Assembly (NCBI GenBank): GCA_001800815.1
Contig: MGWC01000001.1
Span: forward strand, 54,431-118,430
Origin: Euryarchaeota archaeon RBG_19FT_COMBO_56_21
GTDB lineage: Archaea; Thermoplasmatota; Thermoplasmata; UBA10834
Length of the DNA: 64,000 nt
Reading direction: 5' to 3'
The notes beneath the pieces are model-generated. The model was not told the origin of the DNA, did not search any database, and saw only the letters and a program-made list of their open reading frames with translations. Positions 25,961 through 36,064 of this stretch are shown piece after piece. Both the position numbers and the translations under genes were made by a program. How positions within the stretch are numbered: position 1 is the first letter of the stretch; every line of letters starts with the position of its first letter.

Positions 25961-26794
25961 CTAGCGCGAAACGCCCCGGGAGATAGCCAGCGAGAGCTGT
26001 CTGACGGCAGCTACCCACTCAGCTGATTCCTCCAGTTTGAAAGGCGAAATACCCCTCAGATCAGCAACCCTCACACCCTCAGAGAAGGGGAGAAAATACA
26101 CTTGACCGAGGCCCTTGCTTGAAGTCGCTGACAGTATAGCGGATTTCTCGTCCTGGCTCCTGGTCCTATTCGCAACAATCGAAATCCTGGGAACGCCCAT
26201 CTCTGTCGCCAATCTGACAATCCTGGAAGCCGTGTCTATGGACCTCACTCCGGGCTCAATGACCACGATAAGGACATCCACCCCCCGGCAAGTCGCGCGC
26301 CCAAACTGCTCAAGGCCTGCCTCCATGTCTATCACCACTGCCTCATCCCTCTCAAGCACGACATGTTCGAGGAGGCTCCTGAGGAGTGCGTTCTCCGGGC
26401 AGAAACAACCTGACCCTGGGGCTCTTATCTCCCCTAGAACGATCAGTCTGACGCCATCGGCGCCGATGGCACAGTACTTGTCTGGAATGTCATCCACTTT
26501 GGGGGTCAGCCTGAAGAATGGCCCAGTGCTTGTGCCCGGCCTCGCGCCTGTCCGCTCCTCAATGAGATCGAGTTCCGAGGAGATTGGCGGCGGCACGCGG
26601 TCATCTGATACTTCGAGGACGACGTGCAGGTGCGATGCTGGATCAGCATCGACGGCGAGAACCTTGGCACCGTCCTGAGCCAGCACTCTGGCGAGGGTTC
26701 CGACGATCGTGGTCTTCCCGACGCCTCCCTTTCCGGCCACGGCGATCTTGATGCCCAAACACTCAGCCCTGTCTGGACTTGAGGATGATCTCAT
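25961..26794 (-). CDS. cooC: CooC-family Ni-insertion ATPase (second paralog).
   Basis: ATG start. IAVAGKGGVGKTT deviant Walker A and a CxC motif (GSGCFCPE). Confidence 0.7.
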   Translation of the reverse strand: MRSSSSPDRAECLGIKIAVAGKGGVGKTTIVGTLARVLAQDGAKVLAVDADPASHLHVVLEVSDDRVPPPISSELDLIEERTGARPGTSTGPFFRLTPKVDDIPDKYCAIGADGVRLIVLGEIRAPGSGCFCPENALLRSLLEHVVLERDEAVVIDMEAGLEQFGRATCRGVDVLIVVIEPGVRSIDTASRIVRLATEMGVPRISIVANRTRSQDEKSAILSATSSKGLGQVYFLPFSEGVRVADLRGISPFKLEESAEWVAAVRQLSLAISRGVSR

Positions 26795-26995
26795 GCTTCA
26801 TGAGATCTGCCTCCGCAATCCATACCCCGGATACGGTCTCTCGATCGCCCGAGAGGCTGATACAGAGCACGCTGCCGGCCGAGGATACGACCTTGGCCGC
26901 CTCTGGCATGACCAGTTTCTTCTCCGACCCTTTCAGTAGATACACCGAAGACTCGCACATGGGAGCAACACGCCTCCGCTTCTCACCACTGACGC

Positions 26996-27400
26996 TCAGT
27001 CAGCGGCGCATTCCGCTATCTGGCCAGCGACCTTCTTCGCCTTCTCATAGTCGTCCACGCAGAAGACGAACCGCATCCTGTCCCCCTGCACGCTGTACAG
27101 GTAGCTCGCTCTCAGCTGCACCCCCGCGTTGACGAGGCACCTGGCTGCCTTCATCCACTGGCCGGGCCTGTTGTACATGTCCACGACGAGCACCCGCTGT
27201 TCTTTGAACGGAAGGTCCGCCTTGATAAACGTCCTTCGGCATTCCTCATCGTTCCCCGTCAGGAATTTCACGATGTATCGGTCATCGGTTTTCCCGGTAG
27301 CGATGGTGTCGAGGTTCACATTCTGGCTCGACAGGATGGCAATGGCATCCAGAAGATCCTTGCTGTTCCCGTTGACGGACATCTCGAATTCAGTAGTCAT
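26996..27400 (-). CDS. ACT-domain protein.
   Basis: ATG at 27400 with an AT-rich TATA-like stretch ~50 nt upstream. ACT-like beta-alpha-beta-beta-alpha-beta pattern. The track ORF extends to 27556, beyond the putative promoter. Confidence 0.4.
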   Translation of the reverse strand: MTTEFEMSVNGNSKDLLDAIAILSSQNVNLDTIATGKTDDRYIVKFLTGNDEECRRTFIKADLPFKEQRVLVVDMYNRPGQWMKAARCLVNAGVQLRASYLYSVQGDRMRFVFCVDDYEKAKKVAGQIAECAAD

Positions 27401-27719
27401 TCGAAAAACCCCCAAACCTCTGAGGTCAGTGGTAATACGCTGTAATATATTTATTGGATATGCTTCCCGCGGCGAGTGTTCGAACAAGCTGAGAACCGAA
27501 TCTCCTGATTCCGTCGCGATAGCCTTGAGATATGATAGCATGCCAGAAATTGTCAATTGAAACTCTTCCGATAAGGCGAATTCGGGACATGAATGAGCCT
27601 TCCAGGACCAATATCCTCCAGGCTGGAATCGAACGCTATGCTCCTCGGCAGAAGGGATTTCGGGGCAATCTCCTTATTGAGTCCCATGAATGTCACTAAC
27701 CAGCGTCTGAGGGCGAGAA

Positions 27720-27980
27720 ATGCTATCCCATTGTCCTGGATCCCTGTGGTTCAAGCAGCCAGTCCCAGAGCCAGTCAAATGCCCCTCCTGCGGCAAGGAG
27801 GTGGAGATCTTCACGAACGAGCAAACGATGAAGTGCTACCACTGCGGCGGGATCGTGACGAGGGAGAAGAGGCCGAGCTGCTTCGATTGGTGTAAGTACG
27901 CGGATCAGTGCATAGCTGAACTCGTGGCCCAAAGAAGAGGGGCAGGGGATTCGTCAGCCCGATGCCCGGAAGAGGAATGA
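27720..27980 (+). CDS. Small zinc-ribbon protein (hypothetical).
   Basis: CPSCGKE...CYHCGG C4 motif and a further CxxxC...C. Lies in a divergent promoter region. Confidence 0.35.
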   Translation: MLSHCPGSLWFKQPVPEPVKCPSCGKEVEIFTNEQTMKCYHCGGIVTREKRPSCFDWCKYADQCIAELVAQRRGAGDSSARCPEEE

Positions 27981-27994
27981 AACGAGTGGTTTTC

Positions 27995-29299
27995 TCACCC
28001 GACGGCTTCCTCGACCACTGGGTCCACAATCTGCTCCGCCCTCACGGAGGGCGCCCTCGTGAATATGGCGACGACGAAAGCTAGCATCGAAGCGATCCCG
28101 ACGACGACGAAGACGTAGACAAACCCCGCCTGCGAGCCCGCAAGGACCCCAGGGATTAGCGCGCCGAGAACACCCGCAAGGCCGTAGGATGTGAAGACAT
28201 AGCCATAGTTGTTGCCGAAGTTGGCAGAGCCGAAGTACTCCGAGGTCGTCGATGGGAACAGTGCGAAATTGCCTCCGAACGTGAACCCTACCAGCGAGGC
28301 GAAGGTCGTGAGTCCCACGAAATGAACGAGCTCTCCCTCCGGCTTCAATGCGAAGAATCCCGCCGCGCAGAACATCACGACCGCCTGAATGATGAACATC
28401 AGTTTCAGCGTGGTCATCCGGCCCAGTCTGTCGGACAGTCTCCCCCAACCGATCCTTCCTCCAGCATTGAAAAGGGCGAGGATCCCAGCGATAGTCTGGA
28501 ATTCCGCGACCACCATAGTCGTCTTTGACGGATCTAGGTATGCCGCGAGGTTCTTCACATTGCTGATCATCATGAGTCCCGCCGTTCCGGAAAGCGCGAA
28601 CATGACCCAAAGCATCACGAAACTCCTGGTCCTCATCATCTCCCTCTGGGTGAAGTCCAACTTGTGGTTGTTTCTGTTGTTCGAGGGAGGGACAAATCCC
28701 TTCGGCATCCAACCCGCAGTAGGATTCGACAAGAGCTGCGCGCCCACAAGGACCATTCCCATGTAGATGAGTCCGAGGTAGATGAAGGCGTTTTCCAGGC
28801 CGCTGTCGGATATAAGCAACTTGCCAATCTGTGTGAATATGAAGGCGCCCGCGCCGAAACCAGCGACGGCGATTCCACTTACTAGGCCCTTCCTGTCAGG
28901 GAACCATTTCATGCCCGCGGCGAGAGGGCAGACATATCCGAACCCGAGGCCAATCCCACCAACGCCGCCATACGTAAGGTACATTAGGACGATGTTCTCC
29001 GTGGACAGCGAAGAAAGCACATAGCCTGCCCCGAGGATGAGTCCGCCAATCGTGGCGACCATCCTGGGTCCCCGCCTGTCCTGGATCTTGCCGGCAAAGA
29101 TCACGGTGATGGCGAACACTGCTATGGCCGCAGCGAATATGCCAAGGATTTGGAATGAGGTTGCTGGGTAGCCGAGCGAGTCCGACAGGGGGCTGGTGAA
29201 TATCGAGAACGCATAGAGCGATCCGAGTGCCAACTGAATCGTGAGCGCACCAACTACAACCATCCATCTGTTCGTAGACTTCTTATCGTCCTGACCCAT
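27995..29299 (-). CDS. MFS transporter, oxalate/formate antiporter (OFA) family.
   Basis: ATG at 29299. 12 predicted TM segments. The N-terminal WMVVVGALTIQLALGSLYAFSIF resembles OxlT/OFA family proteins. Confidence 0.6.
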   Translation of the reverse strand: MGQDDKKSTNRWMVVVGALTIQLALGSLYAFSIFTSPLSDSLGYPATSFQILGIFAAAIAVFAITVIFAGKIQDRRGPRMVATIGGLILGAGYVLSSLSTENIVLMYLTYGGVGGIGLGFGYVCPLAAGMKWFPDRKGLVSGIAVAGFGAGAFIFTQIGKLLISDSGLENAFIYLGLIYMGMVLVGAQLLSNPTAGWMPKGFVPPSNNRNNHKLDFTQREMMRTRSFVMLWVMFALSGTAGLMMISNVKNLAAYLDPSKTTMVVAEFQTIAGILALFNAGGRIGWGRLSDRLGRMTTLKLMFIIQAVVMFCAAGFFALKPEGELVHFVGLTTFASLVGFTFGGNFALFPSTTSEYFGSANFGNNYGYVFTSYGLAGVLGALIPGVLAGSQAGFVYVFVVVGIASMLAFVVAIFTRAPSVRAEQIVDPVVEEAVG

Positions 29300-29355
29300 C
29301 CTATCCGTTCTCCCAACTGCTGTTACCTTGTTGGATTAGTCACGACCGCGAATCA

Positions 29356-29910
29356 TCAGAGCAATCTCACGAAACCCGTTGACAGATCGTACATGCCGCC
29401 GACTATTGCAAGCTTCCCGGATGCCATAGCATCTCTAATCACTCGACCACCGTTCGCGATCTGCCCCATCTGCAACTTCACGTTCGCTTCGGCGATCGCA
29501 TCGACGTTGTTCGCCTCGCAACCCGAGAGCAACTTCCGTGCCTGATCGATGTCGCGGGCCACTCCCCCGAGTCCTTCGTGAGCCTCGTCCTCCAAGGCGG
29601 CCTTCACGGCTCCACAATCGGTGTGACCCAATACCAGTATCGTGCGGATGTGCAGCGTTCTGACTGCATACTCCAAGCTACCCATGACTGCTGGATCCGA
29701 AGCGCTGTTGCCGGCAATCCTAACGACGAAGGCATCGCCTATTGACAGGTTGAACACCTTCTCCGGAATCACCCGACAGTCTGAACAACTGAGAATGGCA
29801 ATTGATGGCTCCGCCTTGACCGCCAGTCTTGAGAGCAGTGCAGGGTCGGTATTCCTCCGAAATACCTTGTTGCCATCCGTCAACCTCATCTGCACGTTCA
29901 CATGACCCAC
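29356..29910 (-). CDS. Beta-class carbonic anhydrase.
   Basis: CSDCRV and HTDCGAV zinc-ligand motifs, with the G-rich dimer interface motif. Confidence 0.75.
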   Translation of the reverse strand: MGHVNVQMRLTDGNKVFRRNTDPALLSRLAVKAEPSIAILSCSDCRVIPEKVFNLSIGDAFVVRIAGNSASDPAVMGSLEYAVRTLHIRTILVLGHTDCGAVKAALEDEAHEGLGGVARDIDQARKLLSGCEANNVDAIAEANVKLQMGQIANGGRVIRDAMASGKLAIVGGMYDLSTGFVRLL

Positions 29911-29980
29911 CGCCTTTCGCCCCTGTCCATCGCATATCGTCGTGATACCGAAGATCTCCCTTTTTCAGAACAACCGCCCT

Positions 29981-31735
29981 CTAGTTATCCAGAGTCGACG
30001 TGTCCCCTATGGGCAACCCGAGATCTTTCGCCCTCAGCATCCGCCTCATAATCTTGCCGCTCCTTGTCTTGGGGAGCGACTTCACGATCTCTATCTCTCT
30101 GGGGTATGCGTGCCCGGCGAGCTTGGTCTTGACGAACTTCTGAATATCTTCTTTGAGCTGTGGAGATTCCGAGAAGCCTGGCGTGAGCACAATGAAGGCT
30201 TTGATGATGTTGCCCCTCAGTTCATCAGGCTTTCCGATCACACCTGCCTCGGCTACTGCCGGATGCTCGATCAGAGCGCTCTCCACCTCGAACGGGCCGA
30301 CCCGCTCTCCCGCGGTCTTGATCACATCGTCAGCCCGGCCGACATACCAGAAGTAACCGTCCTTGTCGATCTGGGCGGTGTCGCCCGTGTAGTACCATCC
30401 GTTCCTGAAGTACTCGCTGTATTTCGCAGGGTTGTTCCAGATCTGCCTCATCATGGACGGCCAGCCTGGCCTGATGGCTAGACTGCCCTCCTCTCCTTGG
30501 GGCAATACGTTGCCGGAGTCGCCGAGTATGGCGGCCTCGACGCCTGGAAGAGGCTTTCCCATGGAGCCTGGCTTGATGTCCATCTCTGGGAAATTCGTAA
30601 TGAGGATCGAACCCGTTTCGGTCTGCCACCATGTGTCATGAAACGGCTTGAGGTCGAAGACGTCGAGAGCCCACTTCACACCCTCGGGGTTGAGGGGCTC
30701 GCCGACGGAGTAGAGAACCCGCAGCGATGAGAGGTCATACTTCATCGGCAGGTCGTCGCCCTTGGCCATCAGCATTCGGACGGCCGTCGGTGCGGTGTAC
30801 CAGATTGTGATCTTGTAGGCCTGAATGGTCTTGTACCAGCGCTCGGGGTCGAACCTTCCAGCAAGGCCAACCTGCGTCACGCCGTTAGACCATGGTCCGA
30901 GACATCCGTAGACGACCCCAGTGACCCACCCGAGGTCTGCGGTGCACCAGTACACATCTTCATCGTGCACGTCGAGGACCCAGTATGTGGAGAGGTGCAC
31001 CTGCACGATGTCCTTGTGCGCGTGCATGACGCCCTTGGGCTTACCCGTCGTGCCTGACGTGTACAGCATGTACGAGAACTCCTCGGGATCCATCGGCGTG
31101 GCGTCGAACTTGTCGCTCGCAGCCGCCATTTCCTCCTCCCAGCTGATCTCGTTGGCCGCGACGTCCTTGCCGACTATCACCATATGCTTCAGCTCGGGCA
31201 GGAGGCTCTTGACTTCGTACACACGCTTCTTGAGAGCACTATCTGTCACAAGCACGACAGCCCCGCTATCCTGCAATCTGTCTCTGATTGCGTCGGGGCC
31301 GAACGCAGGGAACATGGGGCTGGCAATCGCGCCGTACTTGATGGCTCCGATGAATCCGACGTACAGCTCAGGAGACCTCGACAGGAAGAAGAAGATCCTG
31401 TCCTGCCTTTTGATGTCGAGCTTTTTGAGCAGATTGGCGAACTTGTTCGTCAGGACATTCAACTGGCCGAACGTGAATTTCTGAGCGTTCCCCTCACCAT
31501 CATCGAAAATCAGCGCGATCTTGTCCTTCCGCTCCCCCTTGGCATGGCGGTCGATGCAGTTGTATGCAGCATTGATCTTGCCTCCGGGAAACCATTCGAC
31601 CATCTTGTCGGCGTCAGACCACTTGAAGGTCTTCCTCAGCTGCTCGAAGCCTTGAAGGTTCGGCTTCAGCCTGAGCCTCGCCGGGTCCTTCTTCACGATC
31701 TGACCATGCATAAGTTCCGTGCCTTTGTCAGCCAT
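29981..31735 (-). CDS. acs: AMP-forming acetyl-CoA synthetase / acyl-CoA synthetase.
   Basis: YTSGTTGKPKG AMP-binding motif and WWQTETG (Acs-type). ATG at 31735 (MADKGTEL...). The track ORF starts 11 codons upstream. Confidence 0.65.
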   Translation of the reverse strand: MADKGTELMHGQIVKKDPARLRLKPNLQGFEQLRKTFKWSDADKMVEWFPGGKINAAYNCIDRHAKGERKDKIALIFDDGEGNAQKFTFGQLNVLTNKFANLLKKLDIKRQDRIFFFLSRSPELYVGFIGAIKYGAIASPMFPAFGPDAIRDRLQDSGAVVLVTDSALKKRVYEVKSLLPELKHMVIVGKDVAANEISWEEEMAAASDKFDATPMDPEEFSYMLYTSGTTGKPKGVMHAHKDIVQVHLSTYWVLDVHDEDVYWCTADLGWVTGVVYGCLGPWSNGVTQVGLAGRFDPERWYKTIQAYKITIWYTAPTAVRMLMAKGDDLPMKYDLSSLRVLYSVGEPLNPEGVKWALDVFDLKPFHDTWWQTETGSILITNFPEMDIKPGSMGKPLPGVEAAILGDSGNVLPQGEEGSLAIRPGWPSMMRQIWNNPAKYSEYFRNGWYYTGDTAQIDKDGYFWYVGRADDVIKTAGERVGPFEVESALIEHPAVAEAGVIGKPDELRGNIIKAFIVLTPGFSESPQLKEDIQKFVKTKLAGHAYPREIEIVKSLPKTRSGKIMRRMLRAKDLGLPIGDTSTLDN

Positions 31736-32050
31736 CCTTTCCACATCCGACGTGTGTATGCAACACATGTCTGCGCTTCTGGTATCGACACCCTATCTGC
31801 TGGGCCCCCGCAATAGGGTCCTGGCAGCATTTCAGGTCGATTCCTGGCGCCCCCATTCTTAAGTAGGTAATAATCCTTTTCGATGCGACAACGCCGATTC
31901 CTAGACCAAAACATGCAGCGAAGTTATGATAGGAAAAGGGTGGGACGCCGACTTTCGACACTGCATGACAGGAATCGAACTTATTCCGATAGGGACGCTC
32001 AACAGCCCAGAAAGGACCCAAGTAGTGCTCAGGATGATGGGAGAACCCTA

Positions 32051-32728
32051 CTAGCCTTCCCAGTCCATGAGGGCAACTGCAAGTATTGACGCTATGAACT
32101 CCATCCACTTGATGGCCTGCGCATCTGGCAGTTTGACGTCCCATGTGCCGCCAGTCTCTATCCAGCCGACTACTTCCCTGTTCCTACCATGTATGTAGAC
32201 ATCAATGTAATCGCCTTCGACATATGCATCGGGCGTCTTGCGTTTCATTCTCATGCCCATCTGGGCATCAAAGGTGCCCTTCTCCGTATCGAGATACGGC
32301 TTCTCCTCGAAGAGGAACAGCCTCGTAGACTCGCTTATCGTGAAACCTCCCCACTTGGTGAAGTCCCCGAAATCCTCCTTGGTGTATGCGAGAGCCTTGT
32401 GCTCCGACCAGACGAATTCCCTCATGCCGGCCATCACAAGGTATCGGTACATGCCATCAGAAGGAGTCCTGACCCCTATCGAGACCTCCTTTATCCTAAG
32501 CTGCTTATGGATCAGCTTTGCTGCGTCCTGAAGAAGCGCGACAACTTTCAAGCGCGGCTCCTTGAAGTGATTGAGCAGCTCGGTCAGACTGTCAAGCATG
32601 CGGTCGGTCGATTCCTTGGAGGCATATGTGTACTCGAACCTGAGCTTCCGCACTACCTCTTGGGAAGTGATCGCCGACTGCTTCGGAGGCGACTTTGCAG
32701 CGTTTGTATCTTGTGACATGGTCTCCAT
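32051..32728 (-). CDS. Hypothetical protein.
   Basis: ATG at 32728 (METMSQ...). No recognisable motif. Lies between acs and folD on the same strand. Confidence 0.3.
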   Translation of the reverse strand: METMSQDTNAAKSPPKQSAITSQEVVRKLRFEYTYASKESTDRMLDSLTELLNHFKEPRLKVVALLQDAAKLIHKQLRIKEVSIGVRTPSDGMYRYLVMAGMREFVWSEHKALAYTKEDFGDFTKWGGFTISESTRLFLFEEKPYLDTEKGTFDAQMGMRMKRKTPDAYVEGDYIDVYIHGRNREVVGWIETGGTWDVKLPDAQAIKWMEFIASILAVALMDWEG

Positions 32729-33000
32729 GGCCGGGGACTGTGAACTGGACTTCGTAAGGCTGTCTGGGCCGAACTGCAGATCGTGGATACAGCCACATTT
32801 CCATCGGGCCGATGTACGATGACCTTCTGAATGAATGCTGCCGTGCAGTAGGTCCGCCCAGACACTGCGCATCTTAGTTATTATCTTTTATGACGTTAGC
32901 ATTTCGGAGGGGTTATAAGACGTGAGGGTGCAGGTGGCGAAACGTGATAATCAGCCGGAAATCGGCTATAAAACCCCCAAGCTGCTGGTCTATGACGCAG

Positions 33001-33049
33001 AAAAAGGGCCGATGCAATCTCCATGATAGGCAGGAGTCGGGTGACTCCT
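33001..33049 (-). terminator. Hairpin (AGGAGTC-GGGT-GACTCCT at 33032..33049) followed on the coding strand by a T5 run (33001..33005), downstream of folD.
   Basis: Read from the sequence. Perfect 7-bp stem. The oligo-T tract, typical of archaeal termination, lies 27 nt beyond it. A second small hairpin (AGCCG-GAAAT-CGGCT) is at 32953..32967. Confidence 0.3.
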
Positions 33050-33086
33050 AGCTGGGAGTCCCCGAGACGGGAGGAGTCCGGGCGTC

Positions 33087-33977
33087 CTACTCCTTGTATT
33101 TATGATGTATCTTGGCGGCATGCACTGTATTCTTCATCAGCATCGTGATGGTCATCGGACCAACTCCGCCAGGGACAGGGGTTATTGCCTTCGCCTTCTC
33201 TTTCACCGCCTCGAAATCGACATCGCCCACTAGCCTGCAACCGCCCTTCGCCGCGGGGTCATTGATCCGGTTTACGCCCACATCGATGACAACCACCCCG
33301 TCCTTGACCATGTCGGCCTTCACGAAGTTCGGAGAGCCGATGGCAGCGATCAGTATGTCTGCCTGTCTTGTGATCTCTGAGAGGTTCTTCGTCCGCGAAT
33401 GACAGATCGTTACGGTGGCGTCGGCCCCCTTTGCCTTCTGTACAAGGATGCAGGCAACAGGCTTGCCAACGATGTTGCTTCTCCCAAGCACCACAACATG
33501 CTTCCCTGCTGGATCGTTCCCGCTCCGCATCAGAAGCTCCTGGACTCCATGCGGCGTGCATGGCTTGTAGGATTCTGCACCGACTACGAGCTTACCGACA
33601 TTGATCGGGTGGAATCCGTCGACATCCTTGCTCGGGTCTATCCTGATAAGCACCTTCTCCTCGCTGATATGCTTTGGAAGCGGCAGTTGGACGAGGATCC
33701 CGTCGAATTTCGAGTTCTCATTATATTGGTCGATGACCTTCAGCAACTCGTCCTCAGTCGTAGTCGCTGGAAGGCGCAGGGTCTCGGAGCAAATACCCAA
33801 CTCATTGCATGCCTCACCCTTCTTGCGCACATACACTTGTGATGCGGGATCTTCACCCACGATAATGACCACGAGGCCGGGTTCGATGCCCGACTGTTTC
33901 AGCTTCGCGACTTCCGCCTTGATTTCGGCTCTGATACTCTTCGCGACCTCATTGCCACTAATGATTTGCGCAGTCAT
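33087..33977 (-). CDS. folD: Bifunctional methylene-THF dehydrogenase / methenyl-THF cyclohydrolase.
   Basis: ATG at 33977. FolD family motifs (VGEDPASQVYVRKK; PGGVGPMT). Confidence 0.85.
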   Translation of the reverse strand: MTAQIISGNEVAKSIRAEIKAEVAKLKQSGIEPGLVVIIVGEDPASQVYVRKKGEACNELGICSETLRLPATTTEDELLKVIDQYNENSKFDGILVQLPLPKHISEEKVLIRIDPSKDVDGFHPINVGKLVVGAESYKPCTPHGVQELLMRSGNDPAGKHVVVLGRSNIVGKPVACILVQKAKGADATVTICHSRTKNLSEITRQADILIAAIGSPNFVKADMVKDGVVVIDVGVNRINDPAAKGGCRLVGDVDFEAVKEKAKAITPVPGGVGPMTITMLMKNTVHAAKIHHKYKE

Positions 33978-34227
33978 CCTTGGCCCTCCGAAAACCGGAT
34001 GCAGACGCCGTACTTAAGGATTCGGGAATGACACCATCAGCGTGCTATCTGAGACGGTAGAATACGTCCTGCACATCGATATCACGAACTCAAGTATGTG
34101 CCCCGGCGGAATGCTGACAGCCCCAAAGTGAATCGGGTACTATCTCCGCTCCGATTCGCTATTTTAGACCGAAATTCGAAAAAGCTAACTAGGCGCGTAC
34201 AATACTCCCTTGAAAGGAGGTCAAGAA

Positions 34228-35910
34228 ATGGCTCCAATGCCGAAGGACATTGAGATTGCGCAGGCAGCGAAGGTTCAGCACATAGAGAAGATCGCGGAGA
34301 AGATTGGCCTCTCTCGCGATGACCTTGAATTCTACGGGAAGTACAAGGCGAAGGTTCCGTTGGAAGTGTTGAAACGCTTCGACAAGAACAAGGATGGCAA
34401 GCTCATCTTCGTGACTGCTATCACAGCGACGAAGGCAGGTGAGGGAAAGACCGTAACATCCATCGGCCTGTGCCAGGGGATGGGGGTGCTCGGCAAGAAA
34501 GTGATGTTATCACTTAGAGAGCCTTCCCTAGGCCCGACATTTGGGATCAAGGGAGGCGCAACTGGTGGTGGGTACTCGCAGATCTATCCAATGTGGGATA
34601 TTGACCTGCACTTCACAGGGGACATACACGCTGTGGGAACGGCGCACAATCTTCTCTCCGCGCTTGTTGAGAACCATGTCACAAAGAAGAATCCGCTTAA
34701 CATCGACCCGACGCGGATAGTCCTAAGGAAGGTCATGGACATGAACGCCAGGGAGCTCAGGAACATCATTGTTGGCCTTGGCGGCAGGAGCGAGGGCGGT
34801 GTGCCTCATGAGAGCGGCTTTGACATCACGGTAGCATCTGAAATCATGGCAATACTCGCGCTCTCAAAGGACATGAAGGACCTTAGGGAGAGGTTGTCAA
34901 AGGTTGTCGTCGCCTACACATACGACAACAAGCCGGTCACTGCCGACAAGCTGAAGGGCATCGGCGCGATGTGCCTCCTCCTAAAGGACGCAATCATGCC
35001 GAACCTCGTGCAGACACTTGAGGGGCAGCCGGCATTCATCCACGGGGCGCCGTTCGCGAACATCGCTCACGGGAACAGTTCGATCATCGCCACGAAGTAC
35101 GCCCTGAAAATGGCAGACTATGTCATTACCGAGGGCGGGTTCGCTGCAGACCTCGGTGGCGAGAAGTTCTACGACATCGTCTGCAGGATCGCTGGTTTGA
35201 AACCGGACGTCACCGTCATAGTCTCCAGCGTCAGGGCGCTCAAGATGCACGGCGGGATGGTCGAGGACGACATCGGAACTCCAAACCTCGTATACCTTGA
35301 GAAAGGGTTCGCCAACCTCGACAAGCACATCGAGAACATGAAGAAGTTCGGCGTGCCCGTAGTCGTAGCGCTCAACAGATTCGCGACCGATAGCCAAGAG
35401 GAGCTCGACCTGTGCAAGAAGCACTGCGACAAGATGGGCGTCAGGTCCGCGCACTCCCGCGTATTCGCTGAGGGTGGCAAAGGCGGCGTCGAGCTGGCAA
35501 AGGCCATACTAGAGTGCCTGGAGAAGGAGAAGTCCCACTTCAAGGTCTTGTACGACGAGAAGCTCCCGATCAAGAAGAAGATAGAGACAATCGCGAAGGA
35601 GATCTACGGCGCAGACGGAGTCGTGTATACTGGCTCGGCATCGTCGGACATCGCGGCGATAGAGAAGTCTGGGAACGACAAGCTGCCGATCTGCATGGCG
35701 AAGACACAGCTCTCCATATCCGACGACCCCAAGGTCAAGGGGGCTCCGAAGGGATGGACACTGACCGTCAGAGAGGTTAGACTGTCGGCAGGAGCTGGAT
35801 TCATCGTGCCCTTGACGGGCAAGATGATGACCATCCCGGGCCTACCGACCTCGCCCGCGGCCGAGAGGATCAACATCGACGACAAGGGCTACATAACCGG
35901 TTTGAACTGA
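34228..35910 (+). CDS. fhs: Formate--tetrahydrofolate ligase (formyl-THF synthetase).
   Basis: AGGAGG 7 nt before the ATG at 34228 (the track ORF begins at an upstream TTG). FTHFS signatures (PTPAGEGKTT-like TKAGEGKTVTSIGL, GGGYSQ). Confidence 0.85.
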   Translation: MAPMPKDIEIAQAAKVQHIEKIAEKIGLSRDDLEFYGKYKAKVPLEVLKRFDKNKDGKLIFVTAITATKAGEGKTVTSIGLCQGMGVLGKKVMLSLREPSLGPTFGIKGGATGGGYSQIYPMWDIDLHFTGDIHAVGTAHNLLSALVENHVTKKNPLNIDPTRIVLRKVMDMNARELRNIIVGLGGRSEGGVPHESGFDITVASEIMAILALSKDMKDLRERLSKVVVAYTYDNKPVTADKLKGIGAMCLLLKDAIMPNLVQTLEGQPAFIHGAPFANIAHGNSSIIATKYALKMADYVITEGGFAADLGGEKFYDIVCRIAGLKPDVTVIVSSVRALKMHGGMVEDDIGTPNLVYLEKGFANLDKHIENMKKFGVPVVVALNRFATDSQEELDLCKKHCDKMGVRSAHSRVFAEGGKGGVELAKAILECLEKEKSHFKVLYDEKLPIKKKIETIAKEIYGADGVVYTGSASSDIAAIEKSGNDKLPICMAKTQLSISDDPKVKGAPKGWTLTVREVRLSAGAGFIVPLTGKMMTIPGLPTSPAAERINIDDKGYITGLN

Positions 35911-35976
35911 ACGGCCAAACCGCCCCGGGAACGCGATTCCCCTGGGAACCGCAAACCTCTTATTTCATATCATATC

Positions 35977-35997
35977 GGAGAGTTCTTTTATCTCTCC
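35977..35997 (+). terminator. Hairpin GGAGAG-TTCTTTTAT-CTCTCC with a T-rich loop, 67 nt after the fhs stop.
   Basis: Read from the sequence. May terminate or attenuate fhs transcription ahead of the hdrA-mvhD-metVF genes. Confidence 0.25.
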
Positions 35998-36064
35998 GCA
36001 ACTGTTTCAGCTGCCTGCTCATGCCCCACTGGATAGTGGGGCTTGGTATAGAGGGAGGGTCTTG

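Noticed and set aside
31940-32010. tRNA-like fragment (GGAATAAGTTCGATTCC arm on the minus strand) in the acs/hyp intergenic region.
   Set aside because: No cloverleaf could be built. The loop does not match the TTCRANY T-loop consensus. No acceptor stem pairing was found.
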